The notes beneath the pieces were generated by a model, which saw nothing but the letters and a program-made list of their open reading frames with translations, was not told the origin of the DNA and did not search any database. The translations under genes were made by a program, and so were the position numbers. This document shows positions 54,101-61,101 of a stretch of DNA of 64,000 bases, piece by piece (position 1 is the stretch's first letter; every line of letters starts with the position of its first letter). Location: NCBI GenBank assembly GCA_002633005.1, contig NMRA01000232.1, forward strand, positions 84,826-148,825, in the 5' to 3' direction. Source of the DNA: Phoronis australis (lineage: Eukaryota; Animalia; Phoronida).

Positions 54101-54534
54101 TTTGGTCTTCTTACTTGAAACAAAGGTATCCAAGGGCCTGTTCCAAGAAAACTGACTTAGCTAAGACAAATCTTAAATTTGAATCAATTTTAAGATTAAA
54201 CTTAAATTTGTCTCCAGACCATTTCAAGAAAGAGATCTTAACTTTGACTTAAGCTTTGACTTAAATTTTGTCTTAATTTTGACTATTTTACCGGACTGTG
54301 GAAGTTTAAAAGTTTGGAAGTTGAGACGGATCTTAGACTCGAGTCAAAAATGAACTTAAGTCAGTTTCTTGGAACGGGTCCCAAGTCTCTAATTTCGTGC
54401 AAATTCTTTAAGATACTCACCACATTTGGTTTAGTGTGCAACGAATCAGAAAAATCCGAATGGTCAAGATGATTCTTCAAACGAACAAATTTTGTCCGCT
54501 CCTTTTCTCCACTGGTTAGTTCGTCTTCTCCCAT
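9068..54534 (-). CDS. NOS: Nitric oxide synthase, whole gene span (23 coding exons, about 1105 aa; oxygenase-CaM-FMN-FAD-NADPH)
   Basis: The exons listed below join in frame at GT-AG junctions. Motifs present: Zn CxxxxC, heme ligand [13 protein letters not shown], substrate [63 protein letters not shown]. Confidence 0.95.
11596..11654 (-). CDS. NOS: NOS exon 22 ([19 protein letters not shown])
   Basis: RYHEDxFG motif. The donor gtaagt at 11595 contains an in-frame TAA (11594-11592). Confidence 0.93.
12517..12708 (-). CDS. NOS: NOS exon 21 (KYVQQIL...[15 protein letters not shown]...VMK)
   Basis: NADPH-adenine motifs KYVQ and HVYVCG. Confidence 0.94.
14460..14614 (-). CDS. NOS: NOS exon 20 ([18 protein letters not shown]...[11 protein letters not shown])
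   Basis: FGCR and YSREP motifs. Confidence 0.93.
15926..16041 (-). CDS. NOS: NOS exon 19 ([32 protein letters not shown])
   Basis: Variant of the NADPH-ribose motif GxGIAP. Confidence 0.92.
16418..16505 (-). CDS. NOS: NOS exon 18 ([25 protein letters not shown])
   Basis: 88-nt exon with a GV[A/C][T/S] FAD motif; donor gtaagt. Confidence 0.9.
16810..16910 (+). repeat. (CAATA)n pentanucleotide microsatellite
   Basis: caatacaatac... array; a degenerate copy recurs near 17875-17900. Confidence 0.85.
17020..17720. mobile_element. Penelope-like retroelement remnant (GIY-YIG endonuclease end) as an inverted pair
   Basis: Minus arm reads [25 protein letters not shown]; plus arm reads [29 protein letters not shown]. 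About 17026-17245 is the reverse complement of about 17485-17700. Confidence 0.75.
18249..18459 (-). CDS. NOS: NOS exon 17 (EFPSL...[19 protein letters not shown])
   Basis: 211-nt exon with the FAD isoalloxazine motif PRLYSVSSS. Confidence 0.95.
19183..19331 (-). CDS. NOS: NOS exon 16 ([26 protein letters not shown])
   Basis: YLDITTPP motif; ttctag / gtaaga. Confidence 0.94.
19525..20528. mobile_element. GC-ended MITE-like element (CAGTGGCGGAT...ATCCGCCAATG) with an internal tRNA-derived fragment
   Basis: Terminal inverted repeat and G/C runs; A-box/B-box-like segment at 19802-19858 on the minus strand; TSD imperfect. Confidence 0.55.
20537..21940. mobile_element. PIF/Harbinger-like MITE interrupted by a Kolobok-like insertion
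   Basis: Ends GGGCCTTTCATA...TATGAAAGGGCC with TAA on the left; internal ATGAACG/GTTAAC repeats continue across the nested element. Confidence 0.55.
21018..21878. mobile_element. Kolobok-like non-autonomous element, short copy
   Basis: TTAA on both sides, AGG...CCT termini and long TIRs; an internally deleted version of 43618-44944. Confidence 0.75.
22102..22310 (-). CDS. NOS: NOS exon 15 ([26 protein letters not shown])
   Basis: FAD-domain YQPGDH motif; donor gtaagt. Confidence 0.94.
22545..22632 (-). CDS. NOS: NOS exon 14 ([29 protein letters not shown])
   Basis: Homologous to GLSNVH...NLQSP.S; ttttag / gtaaa; phase 1 to 2. Confidence 0.85.
22681..23571. mobile_element. TIR element with TAG...CTA termini
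   Basis: TAGAGTGGACACAATTCCG versus CGTAATTGTGTCTGCTCTA; no clear TSD. Confidence 0.55.
23935..24070 (-). CDS. NOS: NOS exon 13 (TSCKVFNIQ...WTLGKYHL...VVK)
   Basis: FMN-FAD hinge in the expected position; ttccag acceptor; phase 0 to 1. Confidence 0.82.
24826..24903 (-). pseudogene. tRNA-like cloverleaf (GGC in the anticodon loop) inside a small repeat; partial duplicate at 25107-25169
   Basis: D arm GCTC-AGTGGTAA-GAGC, anticodon arm CTAGA-CCGGCAA-TCTAG, T loop GTTCGATT; acceptor and T stems mismatched and U33 absent. Confidence 0.55.
27433..27763. mobile_element. Small GC-rich TIR insertion with 5-bp TSD AAAAT
   Basis: Absent from the related copy at about 62150; ends CATAGACGGAT...ATCAGCCACTG. 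Confidence 0.65.
27966..28077. mobile_element. Small GC-rich TIR insertion with 5-bp TSD TGTTC (contains an N gap)
   Basis: Absent from the related copy at about 62325; ends CAGGGGGATCC...ATCCACCACTG. Confidence 0.6.
29698..29893 (-). CDS. NOS: NOS exon 12 ([25 protein letters not shown]...[14 protein letters not shown])
   Basis: FMN-binding FALGSSAY and GDEL motifs. Confidence 0.94.
30412..30554 (-). CDS. NOS: NOS exon 11 (VKCMDDYD...[15 protein letters not shown]...KEG)
   Basis: STFGNGDPP motif; donor gtatgt in phase 2 matches the next acceptor. Confidence 0.92.
30935..31079 (-). CDS. NOS: NOS exon 10 (VVLFCSSL...[13 protein letters not shown]...FNPL)
   Basis: 145-nt exon with the FMN phosphate-binding motif YATETGKS. 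Confidence 0.94.
31519..31817 (-). CDS. NOS: NOS exon 9, pterin-binding region and start of CaM-binding helix
   Basis: [17 protein letters not shown] and HQEM, then [11 protein letters not shown]; donor gtacgt in phase 2. Confidence 0.94.
32160..32261 (-). CDS. NOS: NOS exon 8 ([34 protein letters not shown])
   Basis: 102-nt exon with the SLWKD motif. Confidence 0.94.
32528..33468. mobile_element. TG...CA TIR element with perfect 6-bp TSD (CTGCGC), containing a tRNA-Ser-like fragment
   Basis: TGATACGCCGTAAAATGTAA / TTACATTTTACGGCGTATCA; CTGCGC at 32522-32527 and 33469-33474. Confidence 0.8.
33358..33430 (-). pseudogene. tRNA-Ser(CGA)-like fragment or SINE head
   Basis: GAGTGGTTAAGG, anticodon region CTGGA-CTCGAAT, long variable arm, GGGTTCAAATCC; 5' acceptor strand missing. 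Confidence 0.55.
34778..34949 (-). CDS. NOS: NOS exon 7, substrate-binding ([39 protein letters not shown])
   Basis: PFNGWYM.TE motif with the Arg-binding Glu; GT-AG. Confidence 0.96.
35698..35837 (-). CDS. NOS: NOS exon 6 ([34 protein letters not shown]...HPK)
   Basis: 140-nt exon with the FDVLPL motif. Confidence 0.95.
36794..36938 (-). CDS. NOS: NOS exon 5 (STITVFKQR...[32 protein letters not shown])
   Basis: QLIRYAGY motif; GT-AG; phases consistent. Confidence 0.95.
39087..39178 (-). CDS. NOS: NOS exon 4 ([31 protein letters not shown])
   Basis: 92-nt exon homologous to VFDARD...NGGNIR; ttacag / gtaagg. Confidence 0.92.
40965..41127 (-). CDS. NOS: NOS exon 3, heme-ligand Cys ([18 protein letters not shown])
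   Basis: 163-nt exon with the NOS signature RCIGRIQW; ttccag acceptor and gtat donor. Confidence 0.96.
43618..44944. mobile_element. Kolobok-like element with a frameshifted THAP domain
   Basis: TTAA TSD and AGG...CCT ends; TIRs of about 300 bp; plus-strand [11 protein letters not shown]...[14 protein letters not shown]...RVCAKHF...LKKGTISSL is a C2CH THAP pattern. Confidence 0.8.
46124..46814 (-). mobile_element. Probable solo LTR or TG...CA element
   Basis: TGT...ACA ends with inverted ACGTCATGGGTTGAAC; internal AATAAA on the minus strand; no TSD seen. Confidence 0.45.
48247..49045 (+). repeat. Dispersed repeat, copy 1 (ends CCCGGGAACCAGGTT)
   Basis: Colinear similarity to 51915-52656. 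Confidence 0.75.
50143..50288 (-). CDS. NOS: NOS exon 2, Zn-tetrathiolate exon ([13 protein letters not shown]...[13 protein letters not shown])
   Basis: CxxxxC and DFITQYY motifs; acceptor cttccag, donor gtaagt; phase 2 end fits exon 3. Confidence 0.9.
51470..51845 (-). mobile_element. Decayed CR1/L2-type LINE C-terminal fragment
   Basis: ERKCQ*CS..IE.EHH / [14 protein letters not shown] resembles the LINE ORF2 C-terminal zinc-knuckle region; frameshifted. Confidence 0.5.
51915..52656 (+). repeat. Dispersed repeat, copy 2
   Basis: Colinear similarity to 48247-49045; the two copies flank NOS exon 2. Confidence 0.75.
52683..53260. mobile_element. MITE with TIRs of about 45 bp
   Basis: CCTCGCTTGTTCCCTGCGTGTCGCTAAGTGGTAGCCAGCACGCAGG is inverted at 53215-53260. 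Confidence 0.65.
54135..54382. mobile_element. Harbinger-like MITE
   Basis: GGGCCTGTTCCAAGAAAACTGACTTA / TAAGTCAGTTTCTTGGAACGGGTCCC; internal CTTAA repeats. Confidence 0.65.
54421..54534 (-). CDS. NOS: NOS coding exon 1 ([38 protein letters not shown])
   Basis: Matches the NOS N-terminal hook (nNOS RFLKVKNWET...DTLH). Donor gtgagt; in-frame TGA 9 nt upstream of the ATG; acceptor ttccag puts the exon start at 54616. Confidence 0.85.
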
Positions 54535-54543
54535 TTTCGTCGC

Positions 54544-54579
54544 TCAACTGAATGTCGCCAGGTTACGAGATGTTTTCAT
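54544..54579 (-). promoter_or_regulatory. Upstream ORF (MKTSRNLATFS*) in the NOS 5' leader
   Basis: ATG...TGA in the same exon and frame as the main ORF, ending 9 nt before the main ATG. Confidence 0.55.
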
Positions 54580-54909
54580 GTTATTCCCCACACCCTGATC
54601 TGCTAACCCTTGTTTCCTGGAAAGCAATTGTTTGATGTGAGTCACCAAGTCAAATTTTATTGGCTAACGAATACACGTAACCTGCAAAACTTATTGTCAA
54701 TGAGGGGGGGAACTGGAAGTACCTATCTGAATGGTTTCAAAAGCACAGGAGAGTCCGATTTTAATTTCGAAGTCCAACAGAAGGAGAAATTACAATTATG
54801 CATACACACTACGGGATGATAACTAATTCCTATACACATTTAATGGTAGGAATTGTTTCGTTTAATTGTGGTACATGGTTATATGTTTGGTCAAACAGTT
54901 TGTTACCAT

Positions 54910-57274
54910 TTTTATGCGCTCACATATTTATATGTGGACGCATTATGTAGTCATCTCCGTCCGTCCGGCGTCCGTCCGGCGTCCGTCCGGCGTCCGTCCG
55001 GCGTCCGTCCGGCGTCCGTCCGGCGTCCGTCCGGCGTCCGTCCGGCGTCCGTCCGGCGTCCGTCCGGCGTCCGTCCGGCGTCCGTCCGGCGTCCGTCCGG
55101 CGTCCGTCCGGCGTCCGTCCGGCGTCCGTCCGGCGTCCGTCCGGCGTCCGTCCGGCGTCCGTCCGGCGTCCGTCCGGCGTCCGTCCGGCGTCCGTCCGGC
55201 GTCCGTCCGGCGTCCGTCCGGCGTCCGTCCGGCGTCCGTCCGGCGTCCGTCCGGCGTCCGTCCGGCGTCCGTCCGGCGTCCGTCCGGCGTCCGTCCGGCG
55301 TCCGTCCGGCGTCCGTCCGGCGTCCGTCCGGCGTCCGTCCGGCGTCCGTCCGGCGTCCGTCCGGCGTCCGTCCGGCGTCCGTCCGGCGTCCGTCCGGCGT
55401 CCGTCCGGCGTCCGTCCGGCGTCCGTCCGGCGTCCGTCCGGCGTCCGTCCGGCGTCCGTCCGGCGTCCGTCCGGCGTCCGTCCGGCGTCCGTCCGGCGTC
55501 CGTCCGGCGTCCGTCCGGCGTCCGTCCGGCGTCCGTCCGGCGTCCGTCCGGCGTCCGTCCGGCGTCCGTCCGGCGTCCGTCCGGCGTCCGTCCGGCGTCC
55601 GTCCGGCGTCCCTCCGGCGTCCCTCCGGCGTCCCTCCGGCGTCCCTCCGGCGTCCGGCGTCCCTCCGGCGTCAGCAGCTCTATCTCCAAAACCCTTTGAC
55701 GTACATTCATGAAATTTTGCACTTTTGTTCCTATCATAAATGGGACGGCATGAGCGAACTTTCGGACGGATCCGACTACCGGTGTGCCCCCTAGTAGCAA
55801 TTTTATTTGTTTACGGTTCTCAACGTATTTTCATAAAATTTGGCAGACAGGCATCTATTATAGAGACGACGCTACTAGGATGCTCCCGTTTTCAGATGCA
55901 TTCGATGTAGTTTGTGCCAGCTAGTCACCATTTTTGCGGTTTTCGAGTCTGTTTTTTGGCGTCCACCCCTCTATCAACCAAACCGCTCTAAGGATTATTG
56001 TGGAAATTGGTACATATGTTTTTATTATGAAGAGGACAGCTGTGGCGCCTCCTATTGGCAGTTTTTTTCTCTTTTTGCGCCTATGGCTGTATCTCCTAAA
56101 ACCTTTGCAGGTACTTTACTAAATTCTACAAGTGTGTTTATATGATTTTGACGATTGATGACGACTTTCGGACGGATCTGACTACCGGTGTGCTCCCTAG
56201 TGGCAATTTAATTGTTTTACGTATACCTCTGTATTTTCAAAGGTCCTCAACGTATTTTCATAAAATTTGGAATATAGGCACCTATTAGTGAGGTGAAGCT
56301 ATCCTCCCATTTTCGGATGGATTCGACGTAGTTTGCGCCACCTAGAGGCCATTTTTACTGTTTTTAGTCTGTTTTTTAGCCTCCACCTCTCTATCAACCA
56401 AACCGCACTAAGGATGATAATGAAAATTGGCATGTATGTTCTTACTACGAAGCTCAGGATGATTTGCCGATGACTTCGACTACTTTGGCACCTCCTAGTG
56501 GCAGTTTTTTGTGCCCATGGCTGTATCTCCTAAACGGTTTGCAGCATCTTTGCTAAATTTAGCAAGTGCATTTATTTGATGTTGACAACGGATGACAACA
56601 ACTTTCGGACGGATCTGACTACCAGTGTGCCCTCTAGAGGCACTTTTCATTTTTTAGGCTTACTCCTGTATCTTCAAAGGTCCTAAACGGATTATCAGTG
56701 ACTTTGGAATGTAGGCATTTATTGGTGAGATGATGCTATCCTCCCGCTTTCGGATGGAATCGAGGTACTTTGCGACACCTAGTGGCCATTTTTCCTGTTT
56801 TCGAGTCTTGTTTTTTGGCGTTCACTCCTCTATCAACCAAACCATTCTGAGAATGATTTTGGAAATTGGTGTATATGTACTCAGTATGAGGAGGACGATT
56901 GACGATAACAAATTCGACTACTGTAGCACCTCCTAGTGGTAGTTTTGTTTTTTTGCGCCCATAGCTGCATCTCCTAAACTTACTGCAGGATCTTTATTAA
57001 ATTTAGTAATTGTATTTATATGAAGCTAACAGGCGGATCCAATGAAGGTTGAGTCCCATAGTGGCAATTTCATGTTTTGTGTTTTCCTTTGTTTCTCTGA
57101 AGTTTGGTAAATAGCCTTCTATTAAATAAGCGATGGCATGTTCCCATTTCCAGATGGATTTGACTTTTTTTCGCCCCCTGGTGGCTATTTTTATGAAACA
57201 GATAAGCAACAATAGAAGCAATCCGTTTGCGGTGCATTCGTGGGCGCATTTCAACGCTCCGCGTTGTTCTTGTT
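54910..57274 (-). mobile_element. Helentron/HINE-like element, inverted relative to 24247-29363
   Basis: Same AACAAGA start, roughly 400-bp internal units, microsatellite and terminal hairpin, all on the minus strand. Confidence 0.72.
54957..55670. repeat. 11-bp minisatellite (CCGTCCGGCGT)n, roughly 60 near-perfect copies
   Basis: Direct reading; drifts to CCCTCCGGCGT at the right end. Confidence 0.95.
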
Positions 57275-58190
57275 AATAAGGAGTTATTTAAAATGAACCA
57301 GTTTACCGAAACATAGCCTCATTACCCATTCAAATACATACAGTTTTTGGGGGTGATCCAGGAATCCAGTAGGTATCTTGTTGAATTTTATAATATTATT
57401 TTTGGTGATGGGGTGATATTTCCATCACAACTCCATGGTCAAAACATTGATGCTTTGATGTGATTCCACCCACTTTTGCAGGCTTTTACAAAAATTAACT
57501 TGTTCATGTCTCAAATTTATGCTTAAAATAATGTTTGTTTCTCTCGCCTTTCTTTTGCTCCTCTGAGGTAGCTATGTGGGTCGTCGATTTTTTTGGTGTG
57601 CTGTCATTTTCATTCCAGTATACTGATTTAATTTTTACAGTTGAAATAAAATCTTGTGTTGAATTGAACATTCACGCCCTCACACAGACAAGGGGTCAGA
57701 CTAAAATCGGGGCCATGAAAACATATTTGTATGTTCAATGGCACTCAATTATATTTTTTTGAGCAACGGTTCAGTTTACCTCCCTTCATTAAAAATTAGT
57801 GCCTGCTGGGCTGGCAGGGTATTTCAAGTTCTGAGCTTCGTGTGAATGTTACGAATGGCATTTGCCTGATTTTTTAACCTGTTCTGAGTAAAAGATTGTC
57901 AGCTGTTGAGCCCTTGACCCACTTTGTGCTCAGTCATAGCTGTTTTAATTCTTTACTCCTTGCAAGCGGGAAGCTGAAATTTAGCAGGAAATTCAGGTAC
58001 CCTTCAGACTCTTTGGATTTGTGAAAAATCTGGCTGGTCGACATCCACTTTTCACATGATGATGAGGTTTGGAAGTCTGAATGTACTGTCTCTCATTTCT
58101 TAGTAATCGGATTTAAATGGTGGCTTTGGGGTAAGAACTGCTGATTTTAGTATAGTTTGTTTTTTAGTTCAAGTAGGTGCCTCCACTTAC

Positions 58191-58700
58191 CATAGTCGTA
58201 AAAGGTGAAAAATTGACTTTGGAATCAGTTTCAATTGACTTTGTGCAAGGTTTTTGAACTCTTTGGCCCATTATACTCTTCAAACTTTCATGTGGAAAAA
58301 ACTGTTGGAGCTGATTCGATCTGATTTTTCAAGCCCCAAATCAGCAAAGTGGTGATTATTTAATAATTGCCCTACAGATATGACGATTGAATCAGACTTG
58401 CGACACAAACACTCGATACTTCCTCATTCCTGCTGACTCGTGACATAAAAAGTCGTTCGTGGAAATGGAGCTATAATTTTGAAAGTGCTGCCGTTCAAAA
58501 AGCTCTTTCATTTTCATTTTACACGAATATAAAGCTGAATTTCTCTAGGGTTAGTTGGCTATAAAACGAAATAGAAACTCTGTTTTTCACTCTCGTCAAA
58601 TTGAACTCATGATATTTCTTACGGTCATGAGGTTCCTATTTCTGTTCCCTACTTAAGTCACAGCCAATGGGTACTTACGTCATTTTTTTGGGTGAGTCAC
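58191..58700 (-). promoter_or_regulatory. Candidate non-coding NOS first exon and promoter
   Basis: Strong minus-strand donor ATG|gtaagt at 58190. Nearby are TGAGTCA (AP-1, about 58693), TTACGTCA (CRE-like, about 58676) and CCAAT (about 58664). Motif-level evidence only. Confidence 0.3.
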
Positions 58701-59452
58701 AAATGGTTTCGATGTTCTTGTTGTTAATGAAAATAGAATCCTGTAACGGTAAGGTATACTACGAGATCGACTTCATGAAAGTAAAATACTAAATATATCT
58801 TTCGATCTGGTCTCAGCTTACCGATAAATGCTAACAATTATCTCATTATAACGAAGAAAAACAAAGTGAACGATGGATACGCCAATGTACCGATCTCTAG
58901 GCGACCAGCTTGCTACCTAGTTTCCCGTGGGGGCTAATTGCAGCTTTACATGGGCGCACTCAGGGGGGGGGGGTCTCGGNNNNNNNNNNNNNNNNNGGGG
59001 GCTCGAATGAGCCTCTCATTTAGCGAAGTGGCAAAAAGGTCCGCTTCAGAGAAACAAAAAGACCGAGAAAACAAGTCATAAGTCCACATAAAAGGAAAAA
59101 AATTTTCAATGCACAATCCATAACTCTGAACGTACCCCATTTTTTTAGAAAAGGTTCACAATCTCAAAAATTCGACCCCCCCTATATTCTAGACAAGGTG
59201 AACGCATAAATTATACGCTAACCAGAAACATTTTAGACATTTCTGTAATCATTGGCTCGTAATTTATCGCTGTTACATCGAAATACTATTTAAAACTATT
59301 CGCGGCAGAAATTTAACGAGCAGGAACTGTATATCATACAGTGTGCAAGTAATTCTCTTACTCAGAACGATCTTTGGTGACTTGTGTGTATTTATGTGCA
59401 GACAGTCTCCCTTTTCATATCAAAATGCAGACCTGTGATGATAGATACTGGT

Positions 59453-59693
59453 GAGAGAGAGAGANNNNNNNNNNNNNNNNNNNNNNNNNNNNNNNNNNNN
59501 NNNNNNNNNNNNNNNNNNNNNNNNNNNNNNNNNNNNNNNNNNNNNNNNNNNNNNNNNNNNNNNNNNNNNNNNNNNNNNNNNNNNNNNNNNNNNNNNNNNN
59601 NNNNNNNNNNNNNNNNNNNNNNNNNNNNNNNNNNNNNNNNNNNNNNNNNNNNNNNNNNNNNNNNNNNNNNNNNNNNNNNNNNNNNNNNNNNNN

Positions 59694-59735
<42 letters not shown>
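59453..59735. repeat. (GA)n microsatellite spanning an assembly gap
   Basis: GA repeats on both sides of the N run. Confidence 0.9.
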
Positions 59736-59738
<3 letters not shown>

Positions 59739-61101
59739 TGAAACAAGAAGCGTACAGAATGGAAAAATACAATATTTACATAAGCGTGTTTACAATGGCA
59801 CTATTTCGTGAAGTACAAATATTATTAAATTTATCGTATATTTGAGTTTCGGATTAGGTGATGATTATCCGTCAAAATTAAGTGGCTGGCAGGATAGGTG
59901 CAGAAAATACTGAAGGAGAAAATGAGAGAGTAAGAGTGAGAGAGACGGGGGAGGGAGAGGGAGAGGGTAACGGAGAGGGAGAGATGATACGTTTAGTAAC
60001 TTATATAACGATTAGTGAACTACAATAGAAACACAGCAAAAGCCACTTTCATAGAAGACCATTGTATAACACAATAGGCCTACAGCATAATATGAGCAAG
60101 CAATCGAAAATACGAGACGGTAATTATTACTATTCATACATTTAACTTCAATAAATAAATAAAAGAGTGAATAAATAAACAAGTTGGCGCGAGATCCGGA
60201 CAGCAGAGACATAGGCTTAACCCCGTCGGGGCCCTACGTAAAAACCTATCCGGTAGTCGCATAGTTTCACTTGATAGCACTGACACACAGTTTCCAACGT
60301 GGTTGAGTTTGGATTTTTATAAACTCAGTAAAGAGAACAATTTATATACACCCGCCTTCCATAGTGCTTCCGCTATATAACGGCAACTTATAATGACAGA
60401 AGCGGTAATCTGAGACAGCTGGCGACAACGCCCCTAGCGGGGGTGATAGAGGGTCTTGGGTGGCAGTCCCAAAATATTAATTTAAAGTTTTGGGGTAGGC
60501 CAAGTCTGGGGGCATTTTGTAGGTGGGCATTGCATTTAGGCTCAGTGAATGTGGTTTGTTTGCATTTGTGAACATGCTGAGAATAAAAAGGCCACTTTCT
60601 CGGCTGTAGCTGCACTCTTCTTCAAGATGGCGGCCCCCGGTTGCAATTGTGCATTGCTGGGTAGCGACTGGGAAATTGTCGCGATTTTAGGTAGCCCTCA
60701 AACAAGCCAGAATTGCCAAAAAACTAGTTGGTTGACTGTAGTTTTGGACCACATTTTCGGAATCTGTAGGAAATTTGCTTTCAGAATCTATTGTTGATTT
60801 TAGTCGTGCATCGGCAGGGAAGTGGTATTTTTGGGGTGAAAAGTGCCGATTTTGCACTATTTTGCCTCTATTTTTCTTAGTCTAGCTTGGTTTTCAGTGG
60901 GATTGAAAGGGTCAAAAATACAAGAGAGAATAAAGTTTCTGCGCTCATCTGCAGGGCTTTTTATGTGAAATAACTGAAAACATGTCATTCTTTGCATCCT
61001 GTTTTTGACAGAGTGAAGAAAAGGTGACAAATCAAGTGATGTCGGTTTTGCCCAGCAAAACTCAGTGAGAACTGGTCTTTGCCTCCTTGGCGCTGGCCAT
61101 G

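Noticed and set aside
54511-54534. NOS starts Met-Gly, as in myristoylated eNOS
   Set aside because: MGEDELTS has acidic residues after Gly and no Ser/Thr at position 6, so it is a poor N-myristoyltransferase substrate.
54853-55800. Long ORFs of 277-313 aa with RPSGVRPASVR / DAGRTPDGRRT repeats
   Set aside because: They are translations of a stop-free 11-bp minisatellite inside a transposon, not evidence of a protein.
59384-59845. ORFs with ERERER / LSLSLS and X runs
   Set aside because: Artefacts of a (GA)n repeat and an assembly gap.
60626-60797. AAGATGGCG-initiated ORF (MAAPGCNCALLG...) as a THAP or host gene start
   Set aside because: Cys spacing and downstream motifs are too degenerate to support a call.
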